DNA from: Pseudobacteriovorax sp.
GTDB taxonomy: Bacteria; Bdellovibrionota_B; Oligoflexia; Oligoflexales; Oligoflexaceae
Assembly: GCA_050293845.1 (NCBI GenBank)
Contig: JBNKNM010000027.1
Coordinates: 1-41,557 of the forward strand
Direction: 5' to 3'
DNA length: 41,557 nucleotides
This document shows, piece after piece, positions 40,071 through 41,557 of this stretch. Position numbers and translations under genes: made by a program. Within the stretch, counting starts at the first letter, position 1. Each line of letters opens with the position of its first letter. Below the pieces are notes generated by a model. The model was not told where the DNA came from. It ran no database searches and saw only the letters and a list, made by a program, of their open reading frames with translations.

Positions 40071-40478
40071 TTATGATTTGAAGATGACTTTAAGTTCGTC
40101 CCACTTATGATAAACTAACGCAATATGCATCGCTGATAACATTGCTCCCATAGCAGTTCCAGCTGGGTCGAGAAAGACATGAAGCAAGACGATATTCACC
40201 AAAATTGGCGCTAATAATACGAGAGCAAAGTTTGTAAACTTATTGGAAAGCAGTAGCGCACCAGAAATGACTTCACTGATTTTAACTAACGGGAAAAAGT
40301 AGCCACTGGCTGCCATTGCACCCAAAAAAGCACCGGCTTCTGGGGCAGGGGGGGGTGTGGGCATAAAATTCAGGAATCCATTCAAGCCAAAAACCAGCCA
40401 AAGTAAACCACTTAAAATGCGTAGTCCGGTCCAAAGTAGTGCAGAAGTATTCGTTTTCGATTGGGTTAGGGTACTCAT
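40071..40478 (-). CDS. DoxX-family membrane protein
   Basis: RILSGL..LVFGLNGFLNFMP.P, A.AFLGAM.ASGYFFPLVK..E...G.LLL, LLAPI.VNI.L.H.FLDP; AAGGAG RBS before MSTLTQ. Confidence 0.85.
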   Translation of the reverse strand: MSTLTQSKTNTSALLWTGLRILSGLLWLVFGLNGFLNFMPTPPPAPEAGAFLGAMAASGYFFPLVKISEVISGALLLSNKFTNFALVLLAPILVNIVLLHVFLDPAGTAMGAMLSAMHIALVYHKWDELKVIFKS

Positions 40479-40626
40479 ATCTATCTCCTTAGTATTATTA
40501 ACTATTATGAAAAGTTGCTTAGCCATGTCCAGCCAATACCAATCTTATCGGTAAATGGTGTACTATTAAAAGAACATAAAAATGAACAAAATGACCTAAA
40601 TATAGTACAAGATGGGTGGAGGCCTT

Positions 40627-41484
40627 ATGTGGATTGGATTAGAGCAGATCAGGTATCTCAAAGCTGTGTCAGATTCAGGTAGTTTTGGAGCGGCTTCAAA
40701 AGTGCTTCATCGGGCAAAGTCTGCAATTAGTGCCGGAATTCAAAACCTTGAAGATCAGGTAGGCTTTAAATTGTTGGATCGAAGCTCTTATCGCGTGAAG
40801 CTTACCACCAAGGGCAATGCCTTTCTCTTTCGGGCTAAAAGATTATTGGAAGAATCAGAAGGTCTGAGGGACTACGCACGACTGATTGCCAGTGATTTGG
40901 AAATGAAGTTGACTTTTAGTGCTACCATGCTGGTTTCGATAGAAAAAATTATACCATTATTGAGCTTGGTCGGTGAAAAATTTCCCAAAACTGAGATCGA
41001 GTTTCATCGGGAAGTGATGAGTGGAACGTTTATGCTCGAGGATGAAGTCACCGATGTTGCTTTGATTGCCGGTAGGCCCCAAAACGATGCCCTAAATTTT
41101 AGAAAAGTGTCAACATCTCCCATGCCGATATGCTTAGCTCCTCATCATGAATTCTGGTCTCTCGATGAGGAAGATCAGAGTAAAAAAGCGTTAGAAGCTT
41201 ATCCAAATATCGTACAAGCCTCTACTGTTCCAGACCAAAGAGACAATCCTACACTTTCTAAAAGAAAATGGAGAGTTCATGATCACGATTCGAAAGTCGC
41301 CTTGATAAAGGCTGGGCTTGGTTGGGGCCGTCTGCCCCGAGATATCGTTAGGAATGACATTGAATCAGGGGCTCTCAAAACCTTCGGAAAAGACTTGGAA
41401 GTTGAGATTTACATTGCAAGGCGTCGAGACAAAAATCTTGGTCAAGTAGGGCAATATATCTGGGACTATTTTGCCAGTTCTTGA
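40627..41484 (+). CDS. LysR-family transcriptional regulator, divergent from doxX-yqjG
   Basis: LEQIRYL.AV...GSF.AAS..LHRAKSAIS..IQNLE...GF.LLDRS.YR..LT..G; AGLGWG.LP. Confidence 0.92.
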   Translation: MWIGLEQIRYLKAVSDSGSFGAASKVLHRAKSAISAGIQNLEDQVGFKLLDRSSYRVKLTTKGNAFLFRAKRLLEESEGLRDYARLIASDLEMKLTFSATMLVSIEKIIPLLSLVGEKFPKTEIEFHREVMSGTFMLEDEVTDVALIAGRPQNDALNFRKVSTSPMPICLAPHHEFWSLDEEDQSKKALEAYPNIVQASTVPDQRDNPTLSKRKWRVHDHDSKVALIKAGLGWGRLPRDIVRNDIESGALKTFGKDLEVEIYIARRRDKNLGQVGQYIWDYFASS

Positions 41485-41485
41485 A

Positions 41486-41557
41486 CAAAATGCTCGCGCA
41501 ATCTCGGTTCTTCAGGGCCGAGTCAAGCGAGTATATGTGAGCCTGAGCGATGAGCGA
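41486..41557 (+). mobile_element. possible IS200/IS605-family (or derived MITE) terminal hairpin, truncated by window edge
   Basis: Nested stem ATGCTCGC..CTCGGTTC-TTCA-GGGCCGAG..GCGAGTAT with a CTTCAG apex, directly after the LysR stop codon. Confidence 0.4.

Noticed and set aside
1..41557. CRISPR array, tRNA, rRNA
   Set aside because: No regularly spaced 25-45 nt repeats and no cloverleaf or rRNA signatures were seen by eye in any intergenic gap

Overview
This is an AT-rich bacterial accessory region. Its many orphan lipoproteins, stand-alone receiver domains, a GAFTDA-type sigma-54 activator, a CheX fusion and a soluble multi-PAS chemoreceptor suggest Bdellovibrionota/Oligoflexia (inference only). 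The left edge carries the 5' part of an IscB-type omega/HEARO RNA on the minus strand (IS200/IS605 OMEGA element, running off the window). The right edge carries another IS200/IS605-like terminal hairpin. Inside are a TM0106 nuclease-exonuclease-SF1 helicase fusion and an apparent sigma-54 stress module (csbD-like gene, NtrC-type activator, His-less Hpt-like protein, lapA-like/hflK/hflC/PRC operon, with -24/-12 motifs on both outward-facing units). There are also a FecR/beta-barrel plus lipoprotein pair, sulP and GH43 arabinanase pseudogenes, CDF and EamA transporters, and a PAS kinase/receiver pair. Further on are an XPB-like helicase plus DUF790 (Bax1-like) nuclease pair, a GC-rich DUF5695 glycosidase-like gene, and a 62-aa H-box micro-protein next to a receiver-CheX fusion. 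The window ends with an FKBP PPIase, a secreted Zn-peptidase, an AAA_28 ATPase and a LysR/DoxX/glutathionyl-hydroquinone reductase cluster. No CRISPR array, tRNA or rRNA was seen. All family calls come from motif recognition by eye, not database searches.
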